Shown here one piece after another: positions 18,731 to 28,374 of a stretch of 64,000 nt of DNA. The position numbers and the translations under genes were made by a program. The notes under the pieces were generated by a model. It was given only the letters and a program-made list of their open reading frames with translations, was not told where the DNA came from and ran no database searches. The DNA comes from a virus. Location of the stretch: IMG/VR virus record IMGVR_UViG_3300027759_000051; one strand, written 5' to 3'. How positions within the stretch are numbered: the stretch's first letter is position 1; each line of letters starts with the position of its first letter.

Positions 18731-19147
18731 ATGAAAGAAGTAAAAGCGCTCTTGGTCAGGACAACGGGGGCAGTTGAGCCTTTGTTGATTCCTGCTGTTG
18801 ATGGTCACAAGGTCATTCACGAAAACGTGGGTGGTTGGTTTGACGTTGTTCGTGGAGATGATTTCGTTGCCTACGTTCACGACGAAGGGCTTCTCATTCC
18901 GCTCGAACCAAACCTTGCGATCTCTGCACTTTTTCGTCAGGTCATCGCTGGCGATGTTGTCATCGTTGGTTCGCTTGACGAGAACGGAAATTACGACGGG
19001 GAAAATTACGACGCACCCGAGCGGTTCTTTGATTTAAGTTTTGCGAAAGCAAGCCGCAAGGTCGCAGGCGACGAAGAAGCAAAACAAGGGTGGGAAGAAT
19101 TGCGCACCGCAATCATTGACCGAGGCCCAATCGTCACCTCTTGGTGA
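18731..19147 (+). CDS. DUF3846 family protein 1
   Basis: 'VGGWFD.V......YV.DEGLL..L..N..S......IAGD.VIVG'; terminator at 19153-19200. Confidence 0.8.
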   Translation: MKEVKALLVRTTGAVEPLLIPAVDGHKVIHENVGGWFDVVRGDDFVAYVHDEGLLIPLEPNLAISALFRQVIAGDVVIVGSLDENGNYDGENYDAPERFFDLSFAKASRKVAGDEEAKQGWEELRTAIIDRGPIVTSW

Positions 19148-19335
19148 TCGCAAGCGTGTGCCGTGCTCAAAATATTAAGCATGGCACACGCTTTTTTATT
19201 CTGCGTACGGGGCTTCCGACATGATCACCGGAGGATTCGAGTTGTGGCTGCAAAGCTTTGAGCTACTGCTAGAGAATTAGGAATAGATTATTCGTGATGA
19301 TACAGTGAGTACAAGCAGAAGAAAGGGGAACCAAA

Positions 19336-19749
19336 ATGGCACAAGCCACTGCTGTTCTTATTAAAACGAATGGTGACGTAGAAACCGTTATCCTTCCCGA
19401 GTTAGATGCCCACGTAACTATCAACGATTTAGTTGGTGGGTGGTTTGATTGCGTCACTGCAGACAATTTCGTCATGTACGTTCATGATGAAGGTTTGCTT
19501 ATTGGGTTAGACATGAACCCAATGGCGAGTTTTCTCACTGGTCGCCCAATTGCGGGTGATGCTCTTATCGTCGGTACTCTTGATGAGAACGGAAACTATG
19601 ACGGCGAGAATTATGATGCGCCTTCGGGTTTCTTTTCTGAACAATTCGCCGCCGATGCGAAAGATCTCGTGAACGATTACACGATAAAAACATTAAAGGA
19701 AATGGCAGAAAAAATTGTTGAGCGTGGTCCAGTAATCCATTCTTGGTAA
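19336..19749 (+). CDS. DUF3846 family protein 2
   Basis: Close paralog of 18731-19147; terminator at 19753-19790. Confidence 0.8.
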   Translation: MAQATAVLIKTNGDVETVILPELDAHVTINDLVGGWFDCVTADNFVMYVHDEGLLIGLDMNPMASFLTGRPIAGDALIVGTLDENGNYDGENYDAPSGFFSEQFAADAKDLVNDYTIKTLKEMAEKIVERGPVIHSW

Positions 19750-19965
19750 TTCAATGGGTGCACGGTGCTTAGATGCCGTGCACCCATTTTGCTTTACTCA
19801 CAATATTTGATAAACTTTTTTGAGTTACTAATGAAAGGCTAATAATGAAAACACTTAAAGAAAAACAAACTATAAAAAATGCAGCAGAGATTTTGCTCTC
19901 TAACTTCTTTTCGTTCACGTGTCCCGAGTGCGACAAGGTATTTACTGAAGCAGAGGAGTGGGCGT

Positions 19966-20199
19966 ATGGTCACGATTGCGAGTGATGATTTCTTAGCATC
20001 AGCTTTATGTCGAGAGTATGATGTTTCTATTTTTTTTCCTAATAGCGGATCCGCTGGGAACAAGGCTAAAAAAATATGTGATCAGTGCTCAGTGAAAATT
20101 GAGTGTCTCGAATATGCGATAAAAAACAATATTGACTATGGCATGTGGGGCGGAGTAAGTGAGAGAGGAAGAAAGAGAATGAAAGTGATGGCCGCATAA
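19966..20199 (+). CDS. whiB: WhiB family transcription factor
   Basis: C...FFP...C..C.V...C...A......GMWGG. Confidence 0.9.
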   Translation: MVTIASDDFLASALCREYDVSIFFPNSGSAGNKAKKICDQCSVKIECLEYAIKNNIDYGMWGGVSERGRKRMKVMAA

Positions 20200-20390
20200 T
20201 GGGGATTCTTAGTTCGTACGTTGCCTATAAAGTTGGCAAAGGTAGAGAGAGAAAAAAATGGGAGACATTTACAGAAAGCCAAAAAGATATCCCGGTAAAT
20301 AGAGAATGCATTTATTTTTCTTCATTATGTGGCCCGCGGGGATCATGTCCGCGTCACTCGATACATCAATGCATGTATGATGAGGAGTAA
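20199..20390 (+). CDS. Small Cys-rich protein
   Basis: TAATG coupling to whiB. Confidence 0.5.
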   Translation: MGILSSYVAYKVGKGRERKKWETFTESQKDIPVNRECIYFSSLCGPRGSCPRHSIHQCMYDEE

Positions 20391-20534
20391 TGAACTTTCT
20401 TTTTTACTCTTATGGATCCGTAGTTGGTTTCTGCATCGGAATACTTGTTGCTGTAGCTTTTCTCCGCAATAGGTAGCCCCGCCCTCACTTGGTCAATATT
20501 CGGGATAGATTATTCGGGGTGGTACAGTGAAGGT

Positions 20535-20681
20535 ATGGAAGCAACAAAATTAGCAAGGGCAACACGGGAACAACTAGCAACGGCAAGGATTCTGTGGCAA
20601 CAGCAGAACCTTGACTCACCTGAAGCGTGGGACATGGAACAAGTATTGGAATACGTCATGGACGGGTGTGGGCTGAAATGA
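20535..20681 (+). CDS. 48-aa leaderless protein (not in ORF track)
   Basis: TACAGT-N6-ATG after a promoter copy. Confidence 0.65.
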   Translation: MEATKLARATREQLATARILWQQQNLDSPEAWDMEQVLEYVMDGCGLK

Positions 20682-20848
20682 AAACAGCAACAAACGCAAA
20701 GAAACTTCTTCTCGTTACCCGTGGTCTTACATACATCAGTATGTACAACTACGATTTCAAGATGGGAAAAATGACTAACGAAGAATACTGGGACGGTCTC
20801 GCCGAGGTACTTCGTTCTGTTGCACAAGTAGACGAAGACGATTTCTAA
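20678..20848 (+). CDS. Hypothetical protein
   Basis: ATGA coupling. Confidence 0.55.
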   Translation: MKTATNAKKLLLVTRGLTYISMYNYDFKMGKMTNEEYWDGLAEVLRSVAQVDEDDF

Positions 20849-20861
20849 ACGAAAGGGAACA

Positions 20862-21005
20862 ATGAGCACCAACACATTCTCGCTTCATGCTCAATTTCAG
20901 GCTCGCCTGATTTGGATGACTTGGGGGCAAAGTGAAGAAAAGATGATTGAGATACTGTCAAGAATTCTCACCAACGTTGAAGAACTCGAACAACAAGAAA
21001 CGTGA
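20862..21005 (+). CDS. 47-aa protein (not in ORF track)
   Basis: GAAAGGG SD. Confidence 0.55.
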   Translation: MSTNTFSLHAQFQARLIWMTWGQSEEKMIEILSRILTNVEELEQQET

Positions 21006-21117
21006 GCGCCAACTTATGTTCGCGCCCGGCATCTAGCTGTATCAGTAAATGCGGAATAGATTATTCTAAGTGATACTATTTAATCGTAAGCGAATAAGTT
21101 CTCTGAAGGGGGAAGCA

Positions 21118-21390
21118 ATGAATAATGAAAAGTCACCTACGTATTACACACTACGTACTTTTGTAAGAATAACCGTATGGGGATTAGTAACTTCTCTTGT
21201 TATTGTTCTTGCCACGTTGTTGATTACTGGCAGTAGCGAAGAAGCGAAACCTGTTTGTGATATTTCGCTAAACGTAAACTTCACTTGGGTTTGGAATAGT
21301 CCTGCTGTTTCTTTGACCGATTGCCTAGCACCCGAAGACGTAGTGATTAACGTTGATGGTTCTTGGAAATGGTTCAACCCCGATTTATAA
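21118..21390 (+). CDS. Single-pass membrane protein
   Basis: N-terminal TM; N-terminus resembles that of 36774-37067. Confidence 0.65.
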   Translation: MNNEKSPTYYTLRTFVRITVWGLVTSLVIVLATLLITGSSEEAKPVCDISLNVNFTWVWNSPAVSLTDCLAPEDVVINVDGSWKWFNPDL

Positions 21391-21445
21391 AAAGAGTTGG
21401 TTTTCCAACTTGAAGCAATATACTTAAACTAACGAAAGGGAAAAA

Positions 21446-21715
21446 ATGGCACAAGTAACAATTACATGGAAAGCATTCGGAGACGCAACATCTGCGACGT
21501 TTGATGTTCCCGATATCGGAGATGCTATTGACATCTGCGATATGTTGTTTCGCCAAACAAACCTTTACGAAGGTTATGCGTGGAATATCTTGGAGCCTTT
21601 GCTGCCCGAGAACCGTACCCATACCGCTTTATCGGTTGGAGATGAGATCACCGTTAATGGCGTTACTCACCGCTGCGAACCTATTGGCTGGGCCGAAGTC
21701 TCGCTAACCGTCTAG
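21446..21715 (+). CDS. Hypothetical protein (YodL-like 'SVGD' motif)
   Basis: 'HTALSVGDEITV...C...GW'. Confidence 0.6.
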   Translation: MAQVTITWKAFGDATSATFDVPDIGDAIDICDMLFRQTNLYEGYAWNILEPLLPENRTHTALSVGDEITVNGVTHRCEPIGWAEVSLTV

Positions 21716-21832
21716 TGCTAATGCGTAGCGTAAAGCTGCGCAATTCACTTCGCTCGAGAAGCCGAGAGCGGGGCTAACGTAATCGGTTCATTGTGTTGAT
21801 GTAGAATAGTCAACAACAGAAGGAACTGATTA

Positions 21833-22228
21833 ATGTCAATAAAGTACATTCCCGAAAGATCTGGCCCAACTGGCCCAACTGGCCCGGCTGGTGCGCCCGG
21901 CGGAGTTGGAGCTACTGGTTTACCTGGCGACTGGGCAACCGCGCAAACAGTTGCTTCGTTTACCACTGGAAACTTAACTTCAGTCAGTATAGGTAAATTA
22001 CTTTTCAATACGGCTGCATGTACCCTTACCATTACCAGCTCTACTGGGTTTTCAGTTGGTCAACGGGTAGACCTTGCTCGCTTAAATACTGGAACTTTTA
22101 CGGTTGCTCAAGGAACAGGAGCGACAGTCAACGGAACTCCTGCCCTTACACTTCGGGCACAGTACTCCGCCGCTTCTATTATTTGCACAGCCAGCAATGT
22201 TTATCTAGTTGTAGGAGACCTTGGTTAA
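21833..22228 (+). CDS. Collagen-repeat fibre/tail-associated protein
   Basis: GPT/GPA triplets followed by a beta-rich domain ending 'VVGDL'. Confidence 0.7.
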   Translation: MSIKYIPERSGPTGPTGPAGAPGGVGATGLPGDWATAQTVASFTTGNLTSVSIGKLLFNTAACTLTITSSTGFSVGQRVDLARLNTGTFTVAQGTGATVNGTPALTLRAQYSAASIICTASNVYLVVGDLG

Positions 22229-23346
22229 TGCCGTCAACTATTGGTATTGTTTCTTCTGGGTTCCAAACCATCATCCCAGCATGGACTGACAATACAATAA
22301 GCACAACAATGAATTTAACAATTGCTTATTCTGATTCAGTAGCTGCAAGCGGTGCGCCATCACCAACTTATTCAGTAACATCCGGTTCATTACCGGCGGG
22401 AATATCGCTTAATTCGTCAACCGGGGCAATAACTGGCACTCCAACGTCACCTAGCTCTTATTCTTTTACGATAACTGCGGCAAATGCTGTTGGATCTGTA
22501 AGTCAAGCATTCTCAATTACAGTCGGAACTGGAATTACCGGGGGGAGTTCGTTTGTTGACAGCGGCGGTAGGCGCTACCACTATATGACAGCAAATGGAA
22601 ACCTAACAAGCATTCGTGGTTCGAGTACCTCGATCAACGTGCGCGTTCACGCTGGTGGCGCTGCTGGAGGTTCATCTGTTGGAGGTGGAGGAGGAGCTGG
22701 AGGTTTAGTAACAGCTAACCAAACACTTCCTGCAAGTGGTTCTCTTGTTGCCACAATTGGAGGAGGCGGGGCGCAACAAACTTCTTACTTTGGCGGCCAA
22801 GGAGCTAATGGAACAAATACTACCGCAGTGGTAAACAGCGTAACAATCACAGCAACTGGTGGCGGTGGAGGTGGTTTCTACAACGCAAATGCCCCAACTG
22901 CTGGTACCGCTGGTGGTTCAGGGGGTGGTGGCTCTAGTGGCGTTAACTTAAATAACTTTTCAGCTGGTGGCGCGACAACTGACGCAACGCAGGGTTTTGC
23001 TGGTGGAGCCGGGGCGAACCAAACTAATGGATACTACCTAGCTGGCGGTGGCGGTGGTTTCGCTAGCGTTGGTGGAACTGCAGTTTCTGGTTCGAGTAGC
23101 GGTAATGGCGGCACGGGCACAGCTCTTTTGGGAACTTTCTATTCCGGCGGTGGTGGTGGCGGTGGAGATAACATTGCTGGAACAGGGGGAAGTGGAGTTG
23201 GTGGAAACGGAACTACCGGGAATACAACCGGGGTAAGTGCTGCTGCGAACACAGCAAGTGGTGGCGGTGGATGCAGAAACGCATCAGGCGGCGTTGCTTC
23301 CGGCGCTGGAGGAAGCGGAATAGTGATTGTGAGCTACTTGATATAA
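22228..23346 (+). CDS. Ig-like (He_PIG) plus glycine-rich tail fibre-like protein
   Basis: 'GSLPAGISLNSSTGAITGTP' then Gly-rich repeats ending GGSGIVIVSY; start reset to MPSTIG. Confidence 0.75.
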   Translation: MPSTIGIVSSGFQTIIPAWTDNTISTTMNLTIAYSDSVAASGAPSPTYSVTSGSLPAGISLNSSTGAITGTPTSPSSYSFTITAANAVGSVSQAFSITVGTGITGGSSFVDSGGRRYHYMTANGNLTSIRGSSTSINVRVHAGGAAGGSSVGGGGGAGGLVTANQTLPASGSLVATIGGGGAQQTSYFGGQGANGTNTTAVVNSVTITATGGGGGGFYNANAPTAGTAGGSGGGGSSGVNLNNFSAGGATTDATQGFAGGAGANQTNGYYLAGGGGGFASVGGTAVSGSSSGNGGTGTALLGTFYSGGGGGGGDNIAGTGGSGVGGNGTTGNTTGVSAAANTASGGGGCRNASGGVASGAGGSGIVIVSYLI

Positions 23347-23675
23347 TGTCGCACTGGGCAGAAATAGACGAAAATAACATTGTCATTCGAGTGACAGTTG
23401 GTGACAACAATGATCTCGACGAAGGTTACCAATGGTTGATAGACAACCTTGGCGGGCGGTGGATACAAACTTCATATAATAACAACTTCCGCAAACAGTA
23501 CGCCGGGATAGGGTTTACTTATGACGAGATAAATGATGTCTTCATATCACTGTCTCCGTACCCGTCTTGGGTGCTCGATGAGTCATTTGACTGGGTAGCC
23601 CCTATACCAATGCCGACGGAAGGCAATTGGATATGGAACGAGTTAGGGCTTTCGTGGCAAGAAGCAAATACTTAA
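23346..23675 (+). CDS. Tail-fibre-associated protein
   Basis: MSHWAEID...WIQTSYN..FRKQYAGIG..YD...F....PYPSW, typically found after Gly-rich fibres. Confidence 0.7.
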   Translation: MSHWAEIDENNIVIRVTVGDNNDLDEGYQWLIDNLGGRWIQTSYNNNFRKQYAGIGFTYDEINDVFISLSPYPSWVLDESFDWVAPIPMPTEGNWIWNELGLSWQEANT

Positions 23676-23684
23676 TTGCCTAAT

Positions 23685-23870
23685 TCACCAATTTGATGAT
23701 TCGAGTTCCTGCTGCAAATCTTGATACTGCTCGGCAAGGTTGTCGTAGCACGGTGAGCACAGATCGGTATCCCAATATGCTGGGTCAAATCCATTATGCC
23801 CGTGCACGATAGGAATTAGCGTTGAAGCAATTCCACACCGTTCACATTCTCCGATATATAAGTTGTTCAT
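23685..23870 (-). CDS. Small Zn-finger protein
   Basis: CxxC...CxxC; GAAGGG SD. Confidence 0.55.
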   Translation of the reverse strand: MNNLYIGECERCGIASTLIPIVHGHNGFDPAYWDTDLCSPCYDNLAEQYQDLQQELESSNW

Positions 23871-23892
23871 TATTTTCCCTTCTCGATGAGTT

Positions 23893-24093
23893 CTAAATTT
23901 GTTCCGTGCACCCTGAGCAAAATTGCGGTGCTTGAACTTCGTGACAACCATTCCACCCTTCGTACGCAACTCCATTGTCGTTGCACCAAGAGCGGTGACA
24001 CCAGTCTGAGCAAAAGTACTCTGCGTCAATTGCGTCTCCGTTAGCACTAAGGTGAATATGGATATGGGCACTTGTGAGTTCTTGTGTGTTCAT
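23893..24093 (-). CDS. Leaderless Cys-rich protein
   Basis: TATGGT-N6-ATG after a promoter copy. Confidence 0.65.
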   Translation of the reverse strand: MNTQELTSAHIHIHLSANGDAIDAEYFCSDWCHRSWCNDNGVAYEGWNGCHEVQAPQFCSGCTEQI

Positions 24094-24357
24094 AGACTCA
24101 CCATATCACGCCGAATAACCTATACCTTTTTTGAGTTTGCCTTTGTGCGCTTTTTTGTTGGCTGCATATTTGTCTGCCGAGCAGAGTAAAGGTTGAATCT
24201 TTTAACTAGGTCGAGTTCGGGCTTTTTTGGCATTAGGAGAATATATCCGCTTTGGGAATACTTTCCAATATTCGTAACGGTATGAATAATCAATACCGAG
24301 TCTTTTTTGATTATTCGAGAATTAGGTACAGATTATCCGTAGTGGTACACTCAAGGT

Positions 24358-24570
24358 ATGACAACAGCACAGAAAACATATGCAATGGGCGACTATGTAA
24401 CATTCTCAACACCTAACGGTAAGCAGGCATCGGGCGTAATCGTCTCGCTGAACATCGAGAGCGTAGACGGAACAGATCTCGCCGAGAGCGATATGCCGTG
24501 TCACGTTGCGTTGGTTTCAGACGGGGATTCGGCTTACACGTGGGCAGTGCCCGTCGAGTGGATAATCTAA
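24358..24570 (+). CDS. Leaderless hypothetical protein
   Basis: TACACT-N6-ATG. Confidence 0.7.
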   Translation: MTTAQKTYAMGDYVTFSTPNGKQASGVIVSLNIESVDGTDLAESDMPCHVALVSDGDSAYTWAVPVEWII

Positions 24571-24624
24571 CTCGACGGTATCCTAAAATTAGGTATAGAT
24601 TATTCGCCGTGATACAGTAAAGGT

Positions 24625-24792
24625 ATGACAACACTTACCGTTTCTGAGAACTTCGTCATCACGTTTCCTTCAGCTCTTGTTGCTGAGTGGGAAAAGCCAG
24701 TAGGCTTTGACGTAGAGAATGACTGCCCTAATTGTTACGGGCTTAGTGAGTCTTGTGCTTGGTACTTGCACGGCGAGTGCCAGCGTTGTTAA
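24625..24792 (+). CDS. 55-aa leaderless Cys-rich protein (not in ORF track)
   Basis: TACAGT-N6-ATG. Confidence 0.65.
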   Translation: MTTLTVSENFVITFPSALVAEWEKPVGFDVENDCPNCYGLSESCAWYLHGECQRC

Positions 24793-24804
24793 CAAAAGGA
24801 AAAT

Positions 24805-25200
24805 ATGCCACCAGAAAATAGTTGCAGTGAATGCGGGAATGGTCCCGCATCGAGCCCACGACTCGCTGATTGCGGTCTCTCGTTCGTCCCTAGGGAGTTT
24901 GGGTACTACGGTGGGTTTACAGACAATCAACCTTGGCTCGGGCCGGAAGACGGCGACTGGGTATTTCTTTGCCACTACTGCTCTCTTAGACTGCTGAGGT
25001 CTTTCCCCTCGATAGCGAAATCACTAGGTTCTCGTCTGCACCCGTGCGATAGCGAAACGCCGTGCTGTGAGTATGCGTGGAGGGCTACGGAGAACTTTGC
25101 AACGAACCGTGGTGAAACTCTTGTTCGCACTCAACACGCCGTCCTCGACGATAAAACTAAATATCTTTCTTGGGAAAATGACGAACCCGAAATGGGCTAA
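24805..25200 (+). CDS. Cys-rich hypothetical protein
   Basis: AAAAGGA SD; several CxxC motifs. Confidence 0.6.
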   Translation: MPPENSCSECGNGPASSPRLADCGLSFVPREFGYYGGFTDNQPWLGPEDGDWVFLCHYCSLRLLRSFPSIAKSLGSRLHPCDSETPCCEYAWRATENFATNRGETLVRTQHAVLDDKTKYLSWENDEPEMG

Positions 25201-25328
25201 ACTCTATAGATGAGTGAAGACGACAAAAAAGAAGAGAAGAAAAACGTTTCTCAAGCTGTAGCTAAAGCCCGGCAGATCCCGGGAAAAATAAGAACGCAAG
25301 TAATCCGCAGGGCTTGCTGCGGTGGGCG

Positions 25329-25658
25329 CTAGCGCTTTCTTAGTTCTGCTTCGTTTATTCTTTCTGCAATCCACTGAGCAACTGGACTAGCGACTCCATT
25401 GCCGATCATCTTCGCTCGACGATTATTGCTATTTGTTTTTCCATCTGCTCGATAAAGAGTGTGGTTGTCGGGCCAGCCCATCATTCTCTCCATTTCGAGC
25501 GGAGTCAATATTCTTGGGCTGCATTCATCAATTATTATTACAGTCGCTCTACTTTCCCCGGTATTATCCATCGAGTTAAGCGTTGGGCATACAGCATCTT
25601 CGAGCCAAGACTCGTAATCTTCTACGCTTTGTGCGCGCCGGGACTTAACAAACCACAT
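25329..25658 (-). CDS. Stand-alone C5-MTase TRD/C-terminal module
   Basis: 'PTL...RILTPLEMERMMGWPDNHT...GNGVASPVAQWIA' duplicates the C-terminus of the upstream MTase. Confidence 0.8.
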   Translation of the reverse strand: MWFVKSRRAQSVEDYESWLEDAVCPTLNSMDNTGESRATVIIIDECSPRILTPLEMERMMGWPDNHTLYRADGKTNSNNRRAKMIGNGVASPVAQWIAERINEAELRKR

Positions 25659-25660
25659 AA

Positions 25661-27229
25661 TTAGTATTGTAAGTTTATTTGTTCAGCAATCCACTGAGCT
25701 ACAGGGCTAGCTACGCCGTTCCCGGTCATTTTGTAGCGTGTTGTATCTGAGTTTGTTTTACCATCAGCGCGGTGCAGCGTGTGATTATCAGACCACCCCA
25801 TTAATCTTTCGCATTCCACCGGGGTAAGTCTTCTCACTGTCATTGTTGGTTCAGCGATAAAGGTTTGCGTATGGTGAGACTGAACTGACGGCCTCAGCGC
25901 GGATAGCGCTCGAGCGGTTTGTATTTCCGTAGCGGAAAATGTATTTGCTTTAGCATCTTCTCGAATACTGTAAGCAACGGCCTGTGCCCCGGTCTGATCG
26001 AGCGTGTAGGCCGGTGAGCCTTCTTCCGCAATTCCTAAACCGTTTTGTTTTTTCTCAATCTCCCGGCCATCTTGGATCGGAATAGCTAGAAAAGGAACGT
26101 TATTGCCGCCAGTGCCCATTCTGCTTTTAAGAGTTGGGGTCATTCCGTCATCATAAACTCGAACATCATCAACCCGCGTGCCATCGAGGACGTAAACTCC
26201 GTCGCTTTTGCTCTCTACTAGCAGCGTTTCGGTTCCGCCACCCAGGGTTCCGCCACTTGCGCGCAGCGTTCCGACACCCTCCGCGTATTGTGCAAAGCTT
26301 GTTTCAGTGAAGGGCAGCGTCCCGGCAATACTTGGTGGCCCTTGTGTAGCTTTAAGGGTCGGTGATATGTTCTCGAATACCCCGGCATTTGACCCAAACA
26401 GAGTGTCAAATGAATGAATAGTCTCCTGGATAACAAGGTGCTCTCCTCGACTCGACGGAACTCCACCATCTCCTCCACTACGCAGCGTTGGTGCTATGTC
26501 ATTCACAACTATGTTGCTTGCTGACTTGTAGTCACGCGCTGAGAGAGTTATGGATTGGTCTTGTTCTGTCCATCCTCCGAAGCTACTGCTTCCAAAGCTT
26601 GCTGCAGCTTCTCCGGGAGTGTCTTTCCGCGCCTGTTTGCCCTTCTTAGTATTCCTTGGGACGCTTTCGCCGACAGTAAGTACTTGCTGTCCACTTCCTT
26701 CGGAGACTGAAGGATCAAGGCAAGCGACGACGAACACTCGCCTACGCCTTTGGGGGACTCCGAAGAACTGCGCGTCGAGGATTCCCCATTCAACGAAACT
26801 CGCCCCCAGGCCTGCCATTTCTTTGAGGACTGCCTCAAAATCGTCACCTTCTCTTGAAGAGAGGGCTCCTGGGACGTTTTCCCAAATAGCCCATCTTGGA
26901 AAAGTTCCTCCTGTTGCATGCTGCATCTCCTTTATAATTCTGATTGCTTGGAAAAATAAACCGCTGCGTCCACCATCTAACCCGGCTCTTTTCCCGGCTA
27001 CTGATAGATCCTGACACGGTGACCCGAAAGTTATTACATCTACTGGAAATAGCTCGTATCCTGAAGCATCAGAAACGTCGAGCCATTTTGGAACATTAGG
27101 CCAGTGATAAGAAAGAGTTTGCTGACAATGAGCGTCCCACTCGACTTGCCACTTGCAGTTCCACCCGGCTTTTTCTAGACCGATATCAAAGCCGCCAACA
27201 CCGGCGAACAAACTTCCGAAAGTAAGCAT
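25661..27229 (-). CDS. dcm: DNA (cytosine-5) methyltransferase with extended multi-TRD region
   Basis: FAGVGG, GSPCQD, WENV, QRRRRVF, RRLTPVECERLMG, GNGV. Confidence 0.93.
   Translation of the reverse strand: MLTFGSLFAGVGGFDIGLEKAGWNCKWQVEWDAHCQQTLSYHWPNVPKWLDVSDASGYELFPVDVITFGSPCQDLSVAGKRAGLDGGRSGLFFQAIRIIKEMQHATGGTFPRWAIWENVPGALSSREGDDFEAVLKEMAGLGASFVEWGILDAQFFGVPQRRRRVFVVACLDPSVSEGSGQQVLTVGESVPRNTKKGKQARKDTPGEAAASFGSSSFGGWTEQDQSITLSARDYKSASNIVVNDIAPTLRSGGDGGVPSSRGEHLVIQETIHSFDTLFGSNAGVFENISPTLKATQGPPSIAGTLPFTETSFAQYAEGVGTLRASGGTLGGGTETLLVESKSDGVYVLDGTRVDDVRVYDDGMTPTLKSRMGTGGNNVPFLAIPIQDGREIEKKQNGLGIAEEGSPAYTLDQTGAQAVAYSIREDAKANTFSATEIQTARALSALRPSVQSHHTQTFIAEPTMTVRRLTPVECERLMGWSDNHTLHRADGKTNSDTTRYKMTGNGVASPVAQWIAEQINLQY
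26548..26919 (-). CDS. Nested alternative-frame MTase beta polypeptide (M.EcoHK31I-beta-like)
   Basis: AAGGAG SD; 'SSL..IL......KYLLS.KA..GILRRA.RRGK.LP..L..AL'. Confidence 0.7.
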   Translation of the reverse strand: MQQEELFQDGLFGKTSQEPSLQEKVTILRQSSKKWQAWGRVSLNGESSTRSSSESPKGVGECSSSLALILQSPKEVDSKYLLSAKASQGILRRANRRGKTLPEKLQQALEAVASEDGQNKTNP

Positions 27230-27426
27230 TAAAACAACTCCATTTGATCTAGATCTTGTCTGCTTGTGCAGTCTAGGTGTCTATACCTATAGTTCTCAGT
27301 CACTATTTCGTGAATTGTGCGCGACGTTCCTTTTAGCCAAACAATCGCCTGCCTGATAACGCGCTGCGAGTTTTGATCTATTGGCAGATCGCAAACAATG
27401 CACTTATATAGAGGTGGTAAAGACAT
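27229..27426 (-). CDS. Small Zn-binding protein
   Basis: CxxC...HxxC; leaderless TAGTCT-N6-ATG. Confidence 0.55.
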   Translation of the reverse strand: MSLPPLYKCIVCDLPIDQNSQRVIRQAIVWLKGTSRTIHEIVTENYRYRHLDCTSRQDLDQMELF

Positions 27427-27515
27427 TGGGCCAGACTACCAGAAGAAAGCCCCGTTGTCTACCGTCTCAACTGGAGAAGATGGTTTCATCTTTCCAGCCG
27501 AGACGGTGTGTGCGC

Positions 27516-27827
27516 TTACCCGTGCAAGTATTCAGACAGCTCTATGAAGTTGCGTAACCCTTCCTCGTCGTTCCGTCGTGCCTCGGCTTCTTCAAGCCGA
27601 TCCATTTCCCCGAAAACGTCGTCACGCAGATCGCACAGCGCCTTAACCGCTTTCACGGCTTGCGCTGGCGTAAGTGCCTTTTCCCCGTCCCAGCCGAATG
27701 ACTCAACGAGTTCTGCGTCCTCGTAGCAGTTGGAGATTTCTGATTGGCGGAATGTTTGCGGGTCGTCCCAGAGTGGCATTGCCTTGATTGCTTGCACAAT
27801 TTCATCGTAGTGTGGGTGAGTGTTCAT
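27516..27827 (-). CDS. Hypothetical protein
   Basis: Promoter copy and SD. Confidence 0.7.
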   Translation of the reverse strand: MNTHPHYDEIVQAIKAMPLWDDPQTFRQSEISNCYEDAELVESFGWDGEKALTPAQAVKAVKALCDLRDDVFGEMDRLEEAEARRNDEEGLRNFIELSEYLHG

Positions 27828-28007
27828 TGTGTCCCTTTCGCTTGTCTAGAACCTCAGCATACCACGACGGATAATCTATCCCGCATTGGGCTTCTGTCCC
27901 AATGCGGGCAACGGGGCTTATCTGCGTAGGAGCAAGTTGTCGCGAACACCGGGATTGTTTAATTAAATAATCGGTTTATTTATTATTCCCGGCAGCTTCT
28001 GGGGAGC

Positions 28008-28268
28008 TTATTCCTCAATAAAGATGCACTCGCCGGGGCATTCTTCGGCGGCTTCAATAACGCTCTCTAGGAGACTGTCAGGGATGCGCGCAAGACCTTC
28101 AGCCATTGCCGGGTTCGTCTTGCCATCAAAGAGCTTCTCAGCTCCATAGTGCTCCGCGGACTCCTTAACATAGAAAAGGCCGTCGCTTCCACCGAAAAAC
28201 ACATCGGGGGCAATTTCCGCGCATAGGCCATCCCCGGTGCAGAGGTCTTGGTCAATCCATACGCGCAT
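28008..28268 (-). CDS. fdx: Ferredoxin (actinobacterial single-cluster type)
   Basis: 'VWIDQDLCTGDGLCAEIAPDVF...AAEECPGECI'. Confidence 0.9.
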   Translation of the reverse strand: MRVWIDQDLCTGDGLCAEIAPDVFFGGSDGLFYVKESAEHYGAEKLFDGKTNPAMAEGLARIPDSLLESVIEAAEECPGECIFIEE

Positions 28269-28374
28269 ATTTAAATAATACCACGACCTCTAATCGCGAC
28301 AGGCAGGGCAATTCCCGGTAAACGGTATTTCACAAGTGCAGATGTCGTCTTCTTCCATATCTATACGCGAAGCC

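Noticed and set aside
22650-23320. GGN-rich repeats as a DNA repeat element
   Set aside because: Explained by the glycine-rich protein.
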